A stretch of DNA of 64,000 nt from the NCBI GenBank assembly GCA_029242085.1, contig JAQWUP010000040.1, positions 21,245-85,244 on the forward strand, in the 5' to 3' direction. The translations under genes were made by a program, and so were the position numbers. The DNA is from Porticoccaceae bacterium. Lineage in GTDB: Bacteria; Pseudomonadota; Gammaproteobacteria; Pseudomonadales; Porticoccaceae. Below, piece by piece: positions 1-10,538 of this stretch; the first letter of the stretch is position 1, and every line of letters begins with the position of its first letter. The notes beneath the pieces are model-generated. The model was given only the letters and a program-made list of their open reading frames with translations. It was not told the DNA's origin and made no database searches.

Positions 1-288
1 ATGACCGCTGCATTGATGCTTGGGTTTGATCGCACCTCTGCCGCTCGTTTCTCTTTTTTACTGGCGATTCCTATTATTGCACTGAGCGGTGGTTACAAAG
101 GTTTGGAGTTGATGGGGCAGGTATCTGTACCCTGGTTTGAAATTATTATTGGTACGGTTTTATCTGCTGTGACTGCCTATATCTGCATTCATAGTTTTCT
201 GCGCCTTGTTGAGCGCGTCGGTATGCTGCCCTTTGTTATCTATCGCCTGCTTTTGGGCGGCGTATTGATCTTTTTAATACTGGACTAA
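1..288 (+). CDS. uppP: Undecaprenyl-diphosphate phosphatase, C-terminal part (truncated by window edge)
   Basis: AARFSFLLAIP and C-terminal FVIYRLLLG motifs typical of BacA/UppP; hydrophobic. Confidence 0.9.
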   Translation: MTAALMLGFDRTSAARFSFLLAIPIIALSGGYKGLELMGQVSVPWFEIIIGTVLSAVTAYICIHSFLRLVERVGMLPFVIYRLLLGGVLIFLILD

Positions 289-300
289 GGGCTTCTCAGG

Positions 301-1188
301 ATGGCAAAAAAAGTGGCGTTTTTGGGGCTTGGCGTAATGGGTTATCCCATGGCGGGATGGCTGAGCCGCAATGATTATCAGGTCACTGTATATAACCGAA
401 CCATTGCCGTGGCAGAGCGCTGGTGTCAGCAATACTCTGGTGGCTTGGCTTCCACAGCCAGTACTGCAGTAGTAGACGCCGATATTATTTTTCTCTGTGT
501 TGGCAACGATCAAGATGTACAAGAGGTTGTATTTGCACAGCAGGGTATACTCGCCGGTATAAAGTCTGGTGCGGTCTTGGTCGATCATACAACCACTTCT
601 GCCGATCTGGCCAAGCGGTTGGCGGTAGCTGCCAACGCCAAGGGCTGTGCCTTTATTGATGCGCCAGTGTCTGGTGGTCAGCAGGGCGCAGAGAATGGTC
701 AGCTCACAGTAATGTGTGGTGGCAGTGCCGATGATTTTGCACAGGTTGAGCCCGCTATTGCCAGCTTTGCCAAAGCCGTGCAGCTAATGGGCCCTGTTGG
801 CAGTGGTCAACTCTGCAAAATGGTCAACCAGATTTGTATCGCCGGTCTTCTGCAGGGTTTGGCTGAGGGGCTCAATTTCGCCGAGAATGCAGGCTTGGAT
901 GCCCGCCAGGTAATCGAGGTGATCTCTAAAGGTGCCGCTCAGTCCTGGCAGATGGAGAATCGCTATAAAACCATGTTGGCGGGCGAGTATGAGCATGGCT
1001 TTGCGGTGCAGTGGATGCGCAAAGATCTGGCCTTTGCCCTGCAGGAAGCGGAGAATAACTGCAGCCTGCTGCCTGTCACTAAGCTGGTCGATAACTACTA
1101 TGCAGAGGTTCAGGATCTGGGCGGGAATCGTTGGGATACCTCAAGTCTGCTGGCGCGCTTAAAATCAAAACGTGAAACTAAAGGATGA
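301..1188 (+). CDS. NAD(P)-dependent oxidoreductase, beta-hydroxyacid dehydrogenase family (3-hydroxyisobutyrate DH / tartronate semialdehyde reductase-like)
   Basis: [12 protein letters not shown] Rossmann motif, DAPVSGG, catalytic K in CKMVNQ. Confidence 0.9.
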   Translation: MAKKVAFLGLGVMGYPMAGWLSRNDYQVTVYNRTIAVAERWCQQYSGGLASTASTAVVDADIIFLCVGNDQDVQEVVFAQQGILAGIKSGAVLVDHTTTSADLAKRLAVAANAKGCAFIDAPVSGGQQGAENGQLTVMCGGSADDFAQVEPAIASFAKAVQLMGPVGSGQLCKMVNQICIAGLLQGLAEGLNFAENAGLDARQVIEVISKGAAQSWQMENRYKTMLAGEYEHGFAVQWMRKDLAFALQEAENNCSLLPVTKLVDNYYAEVQDLGGNRWDTSSLLARLKSKRETKG

Positions 1189-2498
1189 TAAATATGACGG
1201 CGGAAACGAGCCAATACAATCGGGCATTAGCGACATTTTTAGATGCCTCACCAACGCCATTTCATGCGGTCTCCAGTATCAGTGCAATGTTGGCTAAGGC
1301 TGGATTCTCCGAGCTCAATGAGGCCGATGACTGGTCTTTGACGCCCGGTGGAAAATATTTTGTCACCCGCAATGGTTCATCCATTATTGCCTTCGTGGTA
1401 GGCACTGAGTCGCTGACCGACAGTGGCTTGCGCATGGTGGGAGCACATACAGACAGCCCCTGTTTAATGGTGAAACCAAAGCCTGAAATCGCCAAGAATG
1501 GGTATTTTCAGCTCGGCGTAGAAGTTTATGGCGGGGCACTATTAAACCCCTGGTTTGATCGCGATCTGTCAATTGCTGGTCGCCTGGTTTACCGCGATAG
1601 TAAGCAGCAACTTAAGCAGCAACTCGTTGACTTCAAACGCCCTGTAGCGATGATTCCGAGCCTTGCTATACACCTAGATCGCGAGGCCAATAAAGGTCGC
1701 ACGGTCAACGCCCAGAAAGATATTCCGCCTATATTGATGCTGAGCGATAAAGTCGACGATTTTCGTGCCATGTTGGCCGCGGAGTTTCTGCCGGCCGATG
1801 CCGAGGTCTTGGATTATGAACTGTGCTTTTACGATACTCAGGGCGCGGCCCTGATCGGTATCAATAATGAATTTCTCGCCTCGGCGCGTCTCGATAACCT
1901 GCTTAGCTGTTTTGTTGCTACCGAGGCACTGTTGCAGGCCGATAGCAGCAATACCTGTTTGATGGTGTGCAATGATCACGAGGAAGTGGGCAGTGTCTCC
2001 GCCGTTGGCGCCGATGGCCCTTTTCTTGAAGCTGTTATTGCCCGCCTCAATGGCTGTACTGAAAGTCAGCAACGCAACCGCGTGATTGACCAGTCACTGA
2101 TGATCTCTTGTGATAATGCGCATGCGGCCCATCCCAATTATGCCGACAAACATGATGGCGGACATATGCCGGTATTAAATGGCGGCCCAGTGATAAAAGT
2201 TAATGTAAAGCAGCGCTATGCTACCAACAGTGTAACGGCGAGTCAGTTTAGGCAATTCTGCGCCGATGTTGATGTGCCAGTGCAAACCTTTGTATCTCGC
2301 AGTGACCTTGGTTGTGGCAGCACCATTGGGCCGATTACAGCAGCTCGGCTGGGTGTGCCGACGCTGGATGTGGGAATTCCCCAGTTGGCGATGCACTCCT
2401 GCCGCGAATTGACCGGATCGCAAGATCCGCTGCGACTTACCTCAGTGTTGACGCAGTTTTTTAATAGCAGCGGTAACCTTGGCGTTGAGACTGTTTAA
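1185..2498 (+). CDS. apeB: M18 family (aspartyl) aminopeptidase
   Basis: [40 protein letters not shown] motifs. Confidence 0.9.
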   Translation: MINMTAETSQYNRALATFLDASPTPFHAVSSISAMLAKAGFSELNEADDWSLTPGGKYFVTRNGSSIIAFVVGTESLTDSGLRMVGAHTDSPCLMVKPKPEIAKNGYFQLGVEVYGGALLNPWFDRDLSIAGRLVYRDSKQQLKQQLVDFKRPVAMIPSLAIHLDREANKGRTVNAQKDIPPILMLSDKVDDFRAMLAAEFLPADAEVLDYELCFYDTQGAALIGINNEFLASARLDNLLSCFVATEALLQADSSNTCLMVCNDHEEVGSVSAVGADGPFLEAVIARLNGCTESQQRNRVIDQSLMISCDNAHAAHPNYADKHDGGHMPVLNGGPVIKVNVKQRYATNSVTASQFRQFCADVDVPVQTFVSRSDLGCGSTIGPITAARLGVPTLDVGIPQLAMHSCRELTGSQDPLRLTSVLTQFFNSSGNLGVETV

Positions 2499-2586
2499 AG
2501 AGTGCGAAAGCTCAGATAATAAACAGAGGTTGAGTAGTCTCTGTGTTTGATTGTTAAAGCCATCAGTTTTAAAAAGTAGATTTTTT

Positions 2587-3594
2587 ATGAGTAAGCAACG
2601 TGTTTTAACCGGTATTACCACCTCCGGAAGCCCGCATTTGGGTAACTATGTGGGCGCTATTAGACCTGCGATCGAAGCGAGTCTTAGCGGCGACTATGAG
2701 TCATTTTTCTTTTTGGCTGATTACCATGCATTGATTAAACATCAGGATCCGAGTCTGGTGCATCAGTCCACATTAGAGATTGCCGCGGCTTGGTTGGCGC
2801 TGGGATTGGATACCGACAAGGTAACCTTTTACCGTCAGTCGGATATTCCGGAGATTCCTGAGTTAACCTGGCTGCTGACCTGTATGACCGCTAAAGGCAT
2901 GATGAATCGCGCCCATGCCTATAAGGGTGCGGTGCAGGCTAATGTCGAGGCTGGAGAAGATGAGGATACGGCGATCAGCATGGGGCTGTTTAGTTACCCA
3001 ATCCTGATGGCCGCCGATATTCTGATGTTCAATGCCCATAAGATTCCTGTTGGCCGCGACCAGATTCAGCATGTAGAGATGGCGCGAGATATCGCTCAGC
3101 GCTTTAATCATTATTACGGCGAGCACTTTGTGTTGCCCGCAGCACAGGTCGATGAGGATGCAGCGATATTGCAGGGTCTTGATGGTCGTAAAATGAGTAA
3201 AAGCTACGGTAATACTATTCCATTATTTCTCAGCGAGAAAAAGCTGAAAAAACATATCAACAAGATCAACACTAATTTACTGGAACCTGGGGAGCCCAAG
3301 GATGCGGACAGCTCTGCGGTCTTTCAAATTTGGAAGGCATTTGCCACCGTTGAACAAACTGCTGCTATGCGCGCTGAGTTTGCAAATGGCATTGCCTGGG
3401 GTGAGGCGAAAAAGCAGCTTTTTGAGCTGATCAACGATCAGATTAAACAGCCGCGCGAGAAATATCTGCAGCTGCTGGAAAACCCGGAGCAGGTCGAAGC
3501 CGTATTACAGCAGGGCGCGGTAAAAGCGCGGGCACAGAGCGCTGGGCTTATGGCCAAGGCCCGCAGTGCTGTCGGTATCAGGCCACTGGGATAG
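2587..3594 (+). CDS. trpS: Tryptophan--tRNA ligase
   Basis: HLGN (HIGH), [18 protein letters not shown] and KMSKS motifs; ATG at 2587 preferred over upstream TTG. Confidence 0.95.
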   Translation: MSKQRVLTGITTSGSPHLGNYVGAIRPAIEASLSGDYESFFFLADYHALIKHQDPSLVHQSTLEIAAAWLALGLDTDKVTFYRQSDIPEIPELTWLLTCMTAKGMMNRAHAYKGAVQANVEAGEDEDTAISMGLFSYPILMAADILMFNAHKIPVGRDQIQHVEMARDIAQRFNHYYGEHFVLPAAQVDEDAAILQGLDGRKMSKSYGNTIPLFLSEKKLKKHINKINTNLLEPGEPKDADSSAVFQIWKAFATVEQTAAMRAEFANGIAWGEAKKQLFELINDQIKQPREKYLQLLENPEQVEAVLQQGAVKARAQSAGLMAKARSAVGIRPLG

Positions 3595-3691
3595 GCCGCT
3601 AATTTATTCTTGGCTGGTGAGTATTTGCAGTTACCTATGTATAATGCCAGCCCAAATTATCTAACCATTTAATGCTTCGATGGAGCCAACA

Positions 3692-4117
3692 ATGAAACAA
3701 ACTTTTGCACTGATTACTTTAGCCTGCGCACTTTTGATTGGCTGTGGCGCACAGGACGGCAGCGTCGATTTGACAGCTGCTCAGGAACAACAAGTAGCCG
3801 AGCGCATTGCGCCTGTAGGACATGTTATTAAGGCTGGCCAAGTGGTCGCTGCAGTGGCCAGTGCCGGTGGCGCAGGCCGTTCTGGCAGTGATATTTATGG
3901 CACTAATTGCATGGCTTGTCACACCTCAGGTATCGCTGGCGCACCTATGATGGGTGATGCTACAGCCTGGGCTGAGCGTTTAGAGCAGGGCATCGAAACT
4001 GTTTATGCTAATGCTATTAACGGTATACGTGGCATGCCTATGCGCGGCACCTGTATGGACTGTAGCGATGATGAAGTGATAGCGGCGATCGATTATATTC
4101 TCGACAACAGCAAGTAA
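3692..4117 (+). CDS. Cytochrome c5 family protein with probable lipoprotein signal
   Basis: CMACH heme motif, ERIAPVG, MPMRG, CMDC disulfide motif; LIGC lipobox; GGAG SD before ATG 3692. Confidence 0.88.
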   Translation: MKQTFALITLACALLIGCGAQDGSVDLTAAQEQQVAERIAPVGHVIKAGQVVAAVASAGGAGRSGSDIYGTNCMACHTSGIAGAPMMGDATAWAERLEQGIETVYANAINGIRGMPMRGTCMDCSDDEVIAAIDYILDNSK

Positions 4118-4142
4118 TACGCGCTGTTCAGACTGCAGATAC

Positions 4143-4177
4143 AAAAAAACCGCGCTGCTCTGCAGCGCGGTTTTTTT
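4143..4177. terminator. Bidirectional intrinsic terminator between convergent cytochrome c5 and pckA
   Basis: A7-CCGCGCTGC-TCT-GCAGCGCGG-T7. Confidence 0.9.
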
Positions 4178-4204
4178 ATCGTTCCGGGAACAGGCGATAG
4201 CCGC

Positions 4205-5752
4205 CTAGAGTTGGGGTCCTGCATCAACCACATCCTGTGAGGGCGCAAAGCTAACAATATTCTCAACAAACAGCTGTGCCAGCTTGGCCGCCTGCTCATC
4301 GTAGTCGCCACTGTTAGCCCAGTTATTGCGGGGATTCAGATAAGACTTATCAACACCAGCGATCTCTGTGGGGATATCCAGATTGAGCATATCCAGATGC
4401 TCAGTCGCGCAGTTTTCCAGTGACCCGTTGGTGATCGCAGTTACCACTGCACGAGTTACCGGGATGGGGAAGCGGCTACCTGTGCCCTTGGAGCCACCCG
4501 ATCCGCCGGTCCAACCTGTATTTACCAGATAAACCTTAGAGCCAAATTCTTCAATCCGTTTCATCAGGAGCTCGGCGTAGACTGCAGCCGGGCGCGGCAT
4601 AAATGGTGCGCCAAAACAGGTTGAGAAGGTGGGATGAATACCAGCCTCACCGCCCATCTCGGTTGATCCCACCCGAGCTGTATAGCCACTTAAAAAGTGA
4701 TAGGCCGCAGCCTCTTTTGACAGCAGAGAAACCGGCGGCAATACACCGGTGACATCGCAGGTTAAAAAGATAATATTTTTCGGCTCGCCAGCCCGATTAT
4801 CGATGCAGCGCTTTTCAACATGTTCTAGCGGATAGCTGCAGCGGCCATTTTCCGACAATGTAGTGTCGCAGTAATCTGCGACAAGAGACTCTTCGTCGAT
4901 GACCACATTTTCAATAATGGCCCCAGATTTGATCGCATCCCAGATTACTGGTTCGTTCTTCTGACTCAGATCTATCGTCTTAGCATAACAGCCGCCCTCC
5001 AAGTTAAATACGGTTCCGGTGCCCCAGCCATGCTCATCATCACCGATCAAAAAACGATCCGGATCCGCTGAAAGAGTGGTTTTACCTGTACCCGAAAGGC
5101 CAAAAAACAGTGCTGTATCGCCGTCATCGCCAACATTGGCGGCGCAGTGCATAGACATAACGTCGTTGCCGGGCAGCAGAAAGTTCTGTACTGAGAACAT
5201 GGCTTTTTTTATTTCACCTGCGTAACGCATGCCAGCCAGTAACACCTTGCGTTGAGCAAAGTTGATAATTACCACGCCATCGCTGTTGGTGCCGTCACGC
5301 TCTGGGTCACAGACAAAGTTTGCCGCGTGAAGAATCTGCCACTCCGCTTTATCGCCATGGTTGTAGCTGGCGGTGCGAATAAACATATTGTGCGCAAACA
5401 GACCATGCCAGGCAGTTTCTGTGGTGACGTTGACAGGAATATAATGAGTGGCGTCTTGGCCCACATGAAGATGCGAGACAAAACGTTCTTTATCGGCAAT
5501 GTAGCCTTCTACGCGACTCCACAGAGCATTGAAAATATCTTCGCCAATTGGGCGGTTGACTGAACCCCAGTCGATTGCATGAGATGAACTGGGTTCATCA
5601 ACCACAAACCTATCGCCTGGAGAGCGGCCGCTGCGGCGACCAGTGACAGCTAAGAAGGCGCCGGTGCTACTCAGGCGGCCCTCGCCTCGTTGAATTGCTA
5701 TATCCGTGAGCTCTCTTGAGCCCAAATCAGTGTGAATTGGTGCCTCGGCCAT
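4205..5752 (-). CDS. pckA: Phosphoenolpyruvate carboxykinase (ATP)
   Basis: [19 protein letters not shown]-loop, [20 protein letters not shown]. Confidence 0.96.
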   Translation of the reverse strand: MAEAPIHTDLGSRELTDIAIQRGEGRLSSTGAFLAVTGRRSGRSPGDRFVVDEPSSSHAIDWGSVNRPIGEDIFNALWSRVEGYIADKERFVSHLHVGQDATHYIPVNVTTETAWHGLFAHNMFIRTASYNHGDKAEWQILHAANFVCDPERDGTNSDGVVIINFAQRKVLLAGMRYAGEIKKAMFSVQNFLLPGNDVMSMHCAANVGDDGDTALFFGLSGTGKTTLSADPDRFLIGDDEHGWGTGTVFNLEGGCYAKTIDLSQKNEPVIWDAIKSGAIIENVVIDEESLVADYCDTTLSENGRCSYPLEHVEKRCIDNRAGEPKNIIFLTCDVTGVLPPVSLLSKEAAAYHFLSGYTARVGSTEMGGEAGIHPTFSTCFGAPFMPRPAAVYAELLMKRIEEFGSKVYLVNTGWTGGSGGSKGTGSRFPIPVTRAVVTAITNGSLENCATEHLDMLNLDIPTEIAGVDKSYLNPRNNWANSGDYDEQAAKLAQLFVENIVSFAPSQDVVDAGPQL

Positions 5753-5816
5753 TCTGTTCCTCTCTTCCCAAAGTGAACGAAATAATTAACCGGGATCCTC
5801 TAACCCCGGGCTGGAG

Positions 5817-5875
5817 ATTATGCCAGAATGTTGTCCGCCTGACCTCCTCTATGTGTAACTTTAAAAGGTTGCACA
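5817..5875 (-). promoter_or_regulatory. Putative pckA promoter (extended -10) with upstream palindromic operator
   Basis: Minus-strand TGgCATAAT (hexamer 5822-5817); near-palindrome TGTGTAAC-N8-GTTGCACA at 5852-5875. Confidence 0.4.
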
Positions 5876-5888
5876 GGGTATGCCGCGG

Positions 5889-6758
5889 CTAATGTACCGT
5901 TGCCTCGGGGCCGTTAAATAGTGCTTCGATATGACTTTCATCAAAGCGATACTCCTCATCGCAAAACTGGCAAGTAATCAGCACCTGCCCCTGCTCAGCG
6001 ATGATGTCGCGCATCTCAGCTACCCCTAAATTGATCAGCGCACTCTCGGTTCTCTGCCTTGAACAGCTGCAAAAAAACTGCATATGTTGCGGCTCAAAGA
6101 GGCGCACATCCTCTTCGTGGAATAGTAAATATAACTGATCATTATGAGATAGGCTCAGCTGTTCTTCGCTCTTGACGGTGTCGAGTAGCGCAGAGATATG
6201 TTCCCAGTAGGCGATATTTTTTTCTGTATCGCCAGTATTGGGCATCTGTTGCACCAATACCCCCGCAGCGAGCTCGGCATTAGCGCTCAGTCTAATTTTA
6301 GTTGGTAGCTGCTCGGACTGCTGAAAATAAAACTCCAGGCACTGACTCAGAGAGCCGGCATCCATGGGCACTATACCTTGGTAGCGCTCGCCACCCTCAG
6401 GTTCAATAGTAATGGCAAGGGTCCCCGCTCCGAGCAGATCCTGTAGACCGGTGTGATTTGCCGCAGCCTCTAAATCACCCCGCACAATGCCACGCAATTT
6501 GGTGCCCGAGGAGCACTCTGCCATCACTGTGGATAGTGGCCCGTCGCCCCGCGCCTGAATGGAAATAATACCGGGAAATTTTAATGTGGCGCTGAGTAGC
6601 GTCGCCGCGGCAATAAACTCACCAAATAATCGGTCAACAGCTGGCGGATAATTGTGCCGACTGACGATGTTTTGGTAGCTCGATTCTAGGGTCGTGATTT
6701 CACCGCGGATATCAGTGCCATCGAAGAGGAAGCGTTGCAATATATCGTTATTTTTCAT
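5889..6758 (-). CDS. hslO: Hsp33 redox-regulated chaperone
   Basis: YQGIV, YFQQSEQLPT, CSCS...CQFC zinc motif; ATG 6758 preferred (6767 possible). Confidence 0.94.
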   Translation of the reverse strand: MKNNDILQRFLFDGTDIRGEITTLESSYQNIVSRHNYPPAVDRLFGEFIAAATLLSATLKFPGIISIQARGDGPLSTVMAECSSGTKLRGIVRGDLEAAANHTGLQDLLGAGTLAITIEPEGGERYQGIVPMDAGSLSQCLEFYFQQSEQLPTKIRLSANAELAAGVLVQQMPNTGDTEKNIAYWEHISALLDTVKSEEQLSLSHNDQLYLLFHEEDVRLFEPQHMQFFCSCSRQRTESALINLGVAEMRDIIAEQGQVLITCQFCDEEYRFDESHIEALFNGPEATVH

Positions 6759-6843
6759 AGCGCGCATTGTACTGTTTCTCTATGACTAAAGCTGCACTCC
6801 GAGATGAATTTTAACCTCCTCAGTGGCCTTGAGGAGATAGGTT

Positions 6844-7227
6844 TTAATCAGTATCTCTATGTACAAAACGATGAATTTGACGACGCTGTTTTTTGTTGGG
6901 ACGCGCAGATACAGGAGTGGATCCATAGAAGGCACTGCGCTCAGCAGCTTTTGTCTCGCGCAGTTCTATACTCTCCTCAGTTTCCTGATACAGCAGCTGT
7001 GCTTCTGGTGCACCGCGGCGCTGTTCTGAAAGAGCGATAACTTCCACCGTTTTAATAGTTTCACCCTGACGAATACTCAGTGTCAGACCGAGTTCCAGCA
7101 TCCGGCTAGGCTTTGATTTTTGACCATCAATTTGCACCTTGCCAGCCTCGATAGCGGCCTTAGCCAGGGAGCGGGTTTTATAGAATCGTGCTGCCCACAG
7201 CCATTTATCAATGCGTACCTTTTCCAT
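6844..7227 (-). CDS. hslR: Ribosome-associated heat shock protein Hsp15 (S4 domain)
   Basis: RIDKWLWAARFYKTRSLA, RRGAPEAQLLY, RPNKKQRR. Confidence 0.95.
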   Translation of the reverse strand: MEKVRIDKWLWAARFYKTRSLAKAAIEAGKVQIDGQKSKPSRMLELGLTLSIRQGETIKTVEVIALSEQRRGAPEAQLLYQETEESIELRETKAAERSAFYGSTPVSARPNKKQRRQIHRFVHRDTD

Positions 7228-7230
7228 AGC

Positions 7231-7908
7231 CTAGGTGCTGCTATTGAGATTAAGAATTTGCTCAAAATCTACGATAGAGGGGAAGTCAGAGGAGGCTCTG
7301 GCCTGTTGTTGGCTATCCGGTTTGTCAATGCAGAGTAAATGCGCAATGCCGTATTTCTCAGCTGAGCGCAGCACCGGTTCTGAGTCATCAATAAACAATG
7401 TTCTGGCGGGATCAAAGGGCATATTTTCCTGCAGTTGCTGCCAAAAAAGTTGGTCCTCCTTGGGATAGCCGTAGTCATGGGAGGATATCACCAGATCCAG
7501 CAGTGGCTCGATGGCGGTGACTGAAAATTTAATATTGACGCTGTCGCGATGGGCATTGGTAATCAAAATACGCTGCTTGCCCTTGGAGCCCAAAGCGCTG
7601 AGAAAACCCTGCACCTGAGGTCTTTCACTAACCAGATGCAAGACTTCACGCTTGAGATCGACAATATCTATATTGAACTGCTCCGACCAGAAGTCAGTGC
7701 AGTACCAGTCCAGAGTTCCCTGCCTCGAGGCCATGCGCTGCTGTAAATCGAGACGAGCTGCGGTTGCATCAATACCATGCTGTTCACTGTAGCGTTTGGG
7801 TAGATGATGGAGCCAGAAGAAATTATCGAAATGTAGGTCCAGTAATGTCCCGTCCATATCAAGAAGGACGGTATCTATATTGTTCCAATCTGTACGCAAT
7901 GGACTCAT
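7231..7908 (-). CDS. yrfG: GMP/IMP nucleotidase (HAD superfamily)
   Basis: LLDMDGTLLDLHFD, TNAH, GYPKE, FIDDS; synteny with hslR. Confidence 0.92.
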   Translation of the reverse strand: MSPLRTDWNNIDTVLLDMDGTLLDLHFDNFFWLHHLPKRYSEQHGIDATAARLDLQQRMASRQGTLDWYCTDFWSEQFNIDIVDLKREVLHLVSERPQVQGFLSALGSKGKQRILITNAHRDSVNIKFSVTAIEPLLDLVISSHDYGYPKEDQLFWQQLQENMPFDPARTLFIDDSEPVLRSAEKYGIAHLLCIDKPDSQQQARASSDFPSIVDFEQILNLNSST

Positions 7909-7909
7909 C

Positions 7910-10402
7910 TTAAAACAGGTCCTCTGGCAGTGGGCTTTGATCGTCGGTTGGTGCAGTGCTGCCTGTATTGGTCAGTTCTGGTACATTTTTGGTTTTAAAG
8001 AATTCATAGATACCAGTTTGATTTGGCGCGACACGCCTGCCGGTTTTGGCATCAATTTTAACTCTGACAATGCCATTGGGCTGGGGATGCTTTACTTCCG
8101 GTTTCCCAGCCAGTGCCGCGCCCATAAATTCGATCCAGATAGGGAGTGCGGCAGAGCCACCGTATTCATTGCGACCGATCAGTGCATTGTTGTCAAAACC
8201 GACCCAGGCGGTAGTGACAAGATCGGGGGAATAGCCCGAGAACCAGGCATCTCTGGGGCCATTAGTGGTGCCAGTTTTGCCAGCCAAATCTGAGCGATTA
8301 AGTTTTTTAGCCTTGATCCCAGTACCGCGCAAAATAACATCCTTGAGCATGGAATCAATTAAAAAAGCGGTCTGCTCATCAATCACTCGCTCGGCAGCCA
8401 CAGTACTTAGGATACTGTTGGTCTGTAATGCCTGTTTGATGACCTCCCAGCTCTCTTTCTCATTGCCGGGCAGGGATTCTTGAGCGAGGTTGTTGAGTAG
8501 CTCCTCAAGCTGAAAATCAATCGATTCCGACAGGTCGCTAGCGATCGTCTCAGCACAGGGATTGCAAACAGTGGCGGGGTTTGCCTGATAGATAATTGTG
8601 CCGTGACGATCGATCACCTTGTCGAGAATATAAGGCTTGACCTGAAATCCACCATTGGCAAATACCGCGTATCCCGCGGCTATTTCGAGTGGTGTCAGCG
8701 CATGGCTGCCAAGTGCTAGAGATAGATCGAGAGGCATTTCGCTGGTGTTAAAACCAAAGGATTGCAGTCCTTCCAATGTGCGGTCTATGCCCATGCGGCG
8801 CAAAAGTCGAATGGATACCAGGTTGCGAGAGCGATAGAGCGCTTCGCGCAGGCGCGTGGGACCATAAAACTTGCCACCATCATTTTCAGGCCGCCAGGTG
8901 TCTTCCAGTTTACTGTCATCAAACACGACGGGGGCATCGTTGATAATCGAGGCAGCGGTAAACCCGCTGCTCAGGGCAGTGGTGTAGACAAAGGGCTTAA
9001 AGTTGGATCCAGGTTGGCGTGTCGCCTGAGTTATTCGGTTAAAGCGGCTCTGGCGATAATCAAATCCGCCGACTAATGCTTTAATTCCACCATTGTTGGG
9101 TGCCAGAGTAACCATCGCGGCCTGAGCTTCTGGCAGCTGTGCAAGGCTAATCCGGTCATTGAGATGGCGCTGAATACGTATCAAGTCGCCGACCGCAAAC
9201 AGATCTGTCGCTGCCGCAATAGGTGCACTGCGGGCATTGACGGTTCTGTAAGTTCTTAAATTTTCTAGACCATCTGCCCAGTTAAGCGATAACTCCAATC
9301 CGTCTTTGCTGATTAACTGCAGACGGTCCTCGGCAACTGCAGTGATAATGGCAGGCTCCAGTCCACCGTAAACCGGGGTTTTACGCAGTATGTCTGTCCA
9401 GCTGTCCGGCTCCACAGCCTGCTGTTCGACGCCACGGTAACCATGGCGTTGATCATAGGCCATGATTCCCGCCTGTAAGGCTGTAACTGCATGGGACTGC
9501 AGTGTCGAATCCAAGGTTGTAATCGCCGTGTAACCCTCGGTGTAAGCCCTGAGACCAAATTTACTGACCACTTCCTGACGAACCATTTCGGCGACGTATG
9601 CGGCATCCATTTCTGAGATGGAGCCATGATATGAAGCTTCATCTACTTCAGCCTTTGCGGCCTGATAAACTGACTGATCAATATTGCCCAGCGACAGCAT
9701 GCGACCAAGAATCCAGTCTCTGCGCTGCATAGCGCGCTCTGAATTGGCCAGAGGATTGTAGCGAGAGGGGGCCTTGGGCAATCCTGCGATAGTGGCGATT
9801 TCACCAAGGCTGAGCTGATCTAGGGTTTTTCCATAGTAGACCTGTGCCGCGGCGCCCACACCATAGGCTCGGTTACCCATATAAATCTTGTTGGCGTAGA
9901 GAGATAAAATTTCCTGCTTTGACAGCTCCTCTTCGATTCTAAAGGCCAATAATATCTCGTTAAACTTACGGGTAAATTCCTGGCGTTTACTTAAAAAGAA
10001 GTTGCGCGCGACCTGCATGGTAATGGTGCTGCCGCCACTACGGATTGATCCTGTAGTGATTAGCTCGACTGCAGCGCGGGCCAAACCGGAGATAACGATG
10101 CCCCTGTGCTCAAAGAAGCTGTCGTCTTCGGCCGCTAAAAAGGCATCAATCATGGGCTGGGGTATTTCTTCAAAACTGACCGGCGAGCGCTTCTTTTCAC
10201 CGAATTCCGCGATAACTTTCAAATCTTGTGAGTGAATTCGCAGTGGAATTTGTAACTCGATCTCCTTTAGCTCCTCGACTGATGGGAGTTTTGGGCTAAG
10301 GTACAGGTACAAACAGGAGGCGACTGCAAGAAATCCACCGCTTCCAAGGATAGTCAGGACAGAGAGGAACTTCAGTAATTTACGTTTTGATAAGGACCGC
10401 AT
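7910..10402 (-). CDS. mrcA: Penicillin-binding protein 1A
   Basis: N-terminal TM, transglycosylase motifs EDDSFFEH / GGSTITMQ / RKFNE, transpeptidase motifs SNFK, SRN, KTG. Confidence 0.95.
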   Translation of the reverse strand: MRSLSKRKLLKFLSVLTILGSGGFLAVASCLYLYLSPKLPSVEELKEIELQIPLRIHSQDLKVIAEFGEKKRSPVSFEEIPQPMIDAFLAAEDDSFFEHRGIVISGLARAAVELITTGSIRSGGSTITMQVARNFFLSKRQEFTRKFNEILLAFRIEEELSKQEILSLYANKIYMGNRAYGVGAAAQVYYGKTLDQLSLGEIATIAGLPKAPSRYNPLANSERAMQRRDWILGRMLSLGNIDQSVYQAAKAEVDEASYHGSISEMDAAYVAEMVRQEVVSKFGLRAYTEGYTAITTLDSTLQSHAVTALQAGIMAYDQRHGYRGVEQQAVEPDSWTDILRKTPVYGGLEPAIITAVAEDRLQLISKDGLELSLNWADGLENLRTYRTVNARSAPIAAATDLFAVGDLIRIQRHLNDRISLAQLPEAQAAMVTLAPNNGGIKALVGGFDYRQSRFNRITQATRQPGSNFKPFVYTTALSSGFTAASIINDAPVVFDDSKLEDTWRPENDGGKFYGPTRLREALYRSRNLVSIRLLRRMGIDRTLEGLQSFGFNTSEMPLDLSLALGSHALTPLEIAAGYAVFANGGFQVKPYILDKVIDRHGTIIYQANPATVCNPCAETIASDLSESIDFQLEELLNNLAQESLPGNEKESWEVIKQALQTNSILSTVAAERVIDEQTAFLIDSMLKDVILRGTGIKAKKLNRSDLAGKTGTTNGPRDAWFSGYSPDLVTTAWVGFDNNALIGRNEYGGSAALPIWIEFMGAALAGKPEVKHPQPNGIVRVKIDAKTGRRVAPNQTGIYEFFKTKNVPELTNTGSTAPTDDQSPLPEDLF

Positions 10403-10538
10403 TTTTCAGTCACCAGTAAAATGAGGGTCTATTATAAGGTGTTGGTAATGTGAAGTGCATCATTTGCGAGCTGGAGAAACGCTGTTACTGTGCTTTCTCG
10501 CCAGGGTTGGCCTCAATATTAAGGATGATAGCTAAGAA

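Noticed and set aside
8390-8570. Acidic insertion in the PBP1a transpeptidase domain
   Set aside because: A variable insert at this position is common in gammaproteobacterial PBP1a.
10443-10458. Sigma54 promoter for pilM
   Set aside because: GG and GC are separated by 11 nt rather than the required 10.
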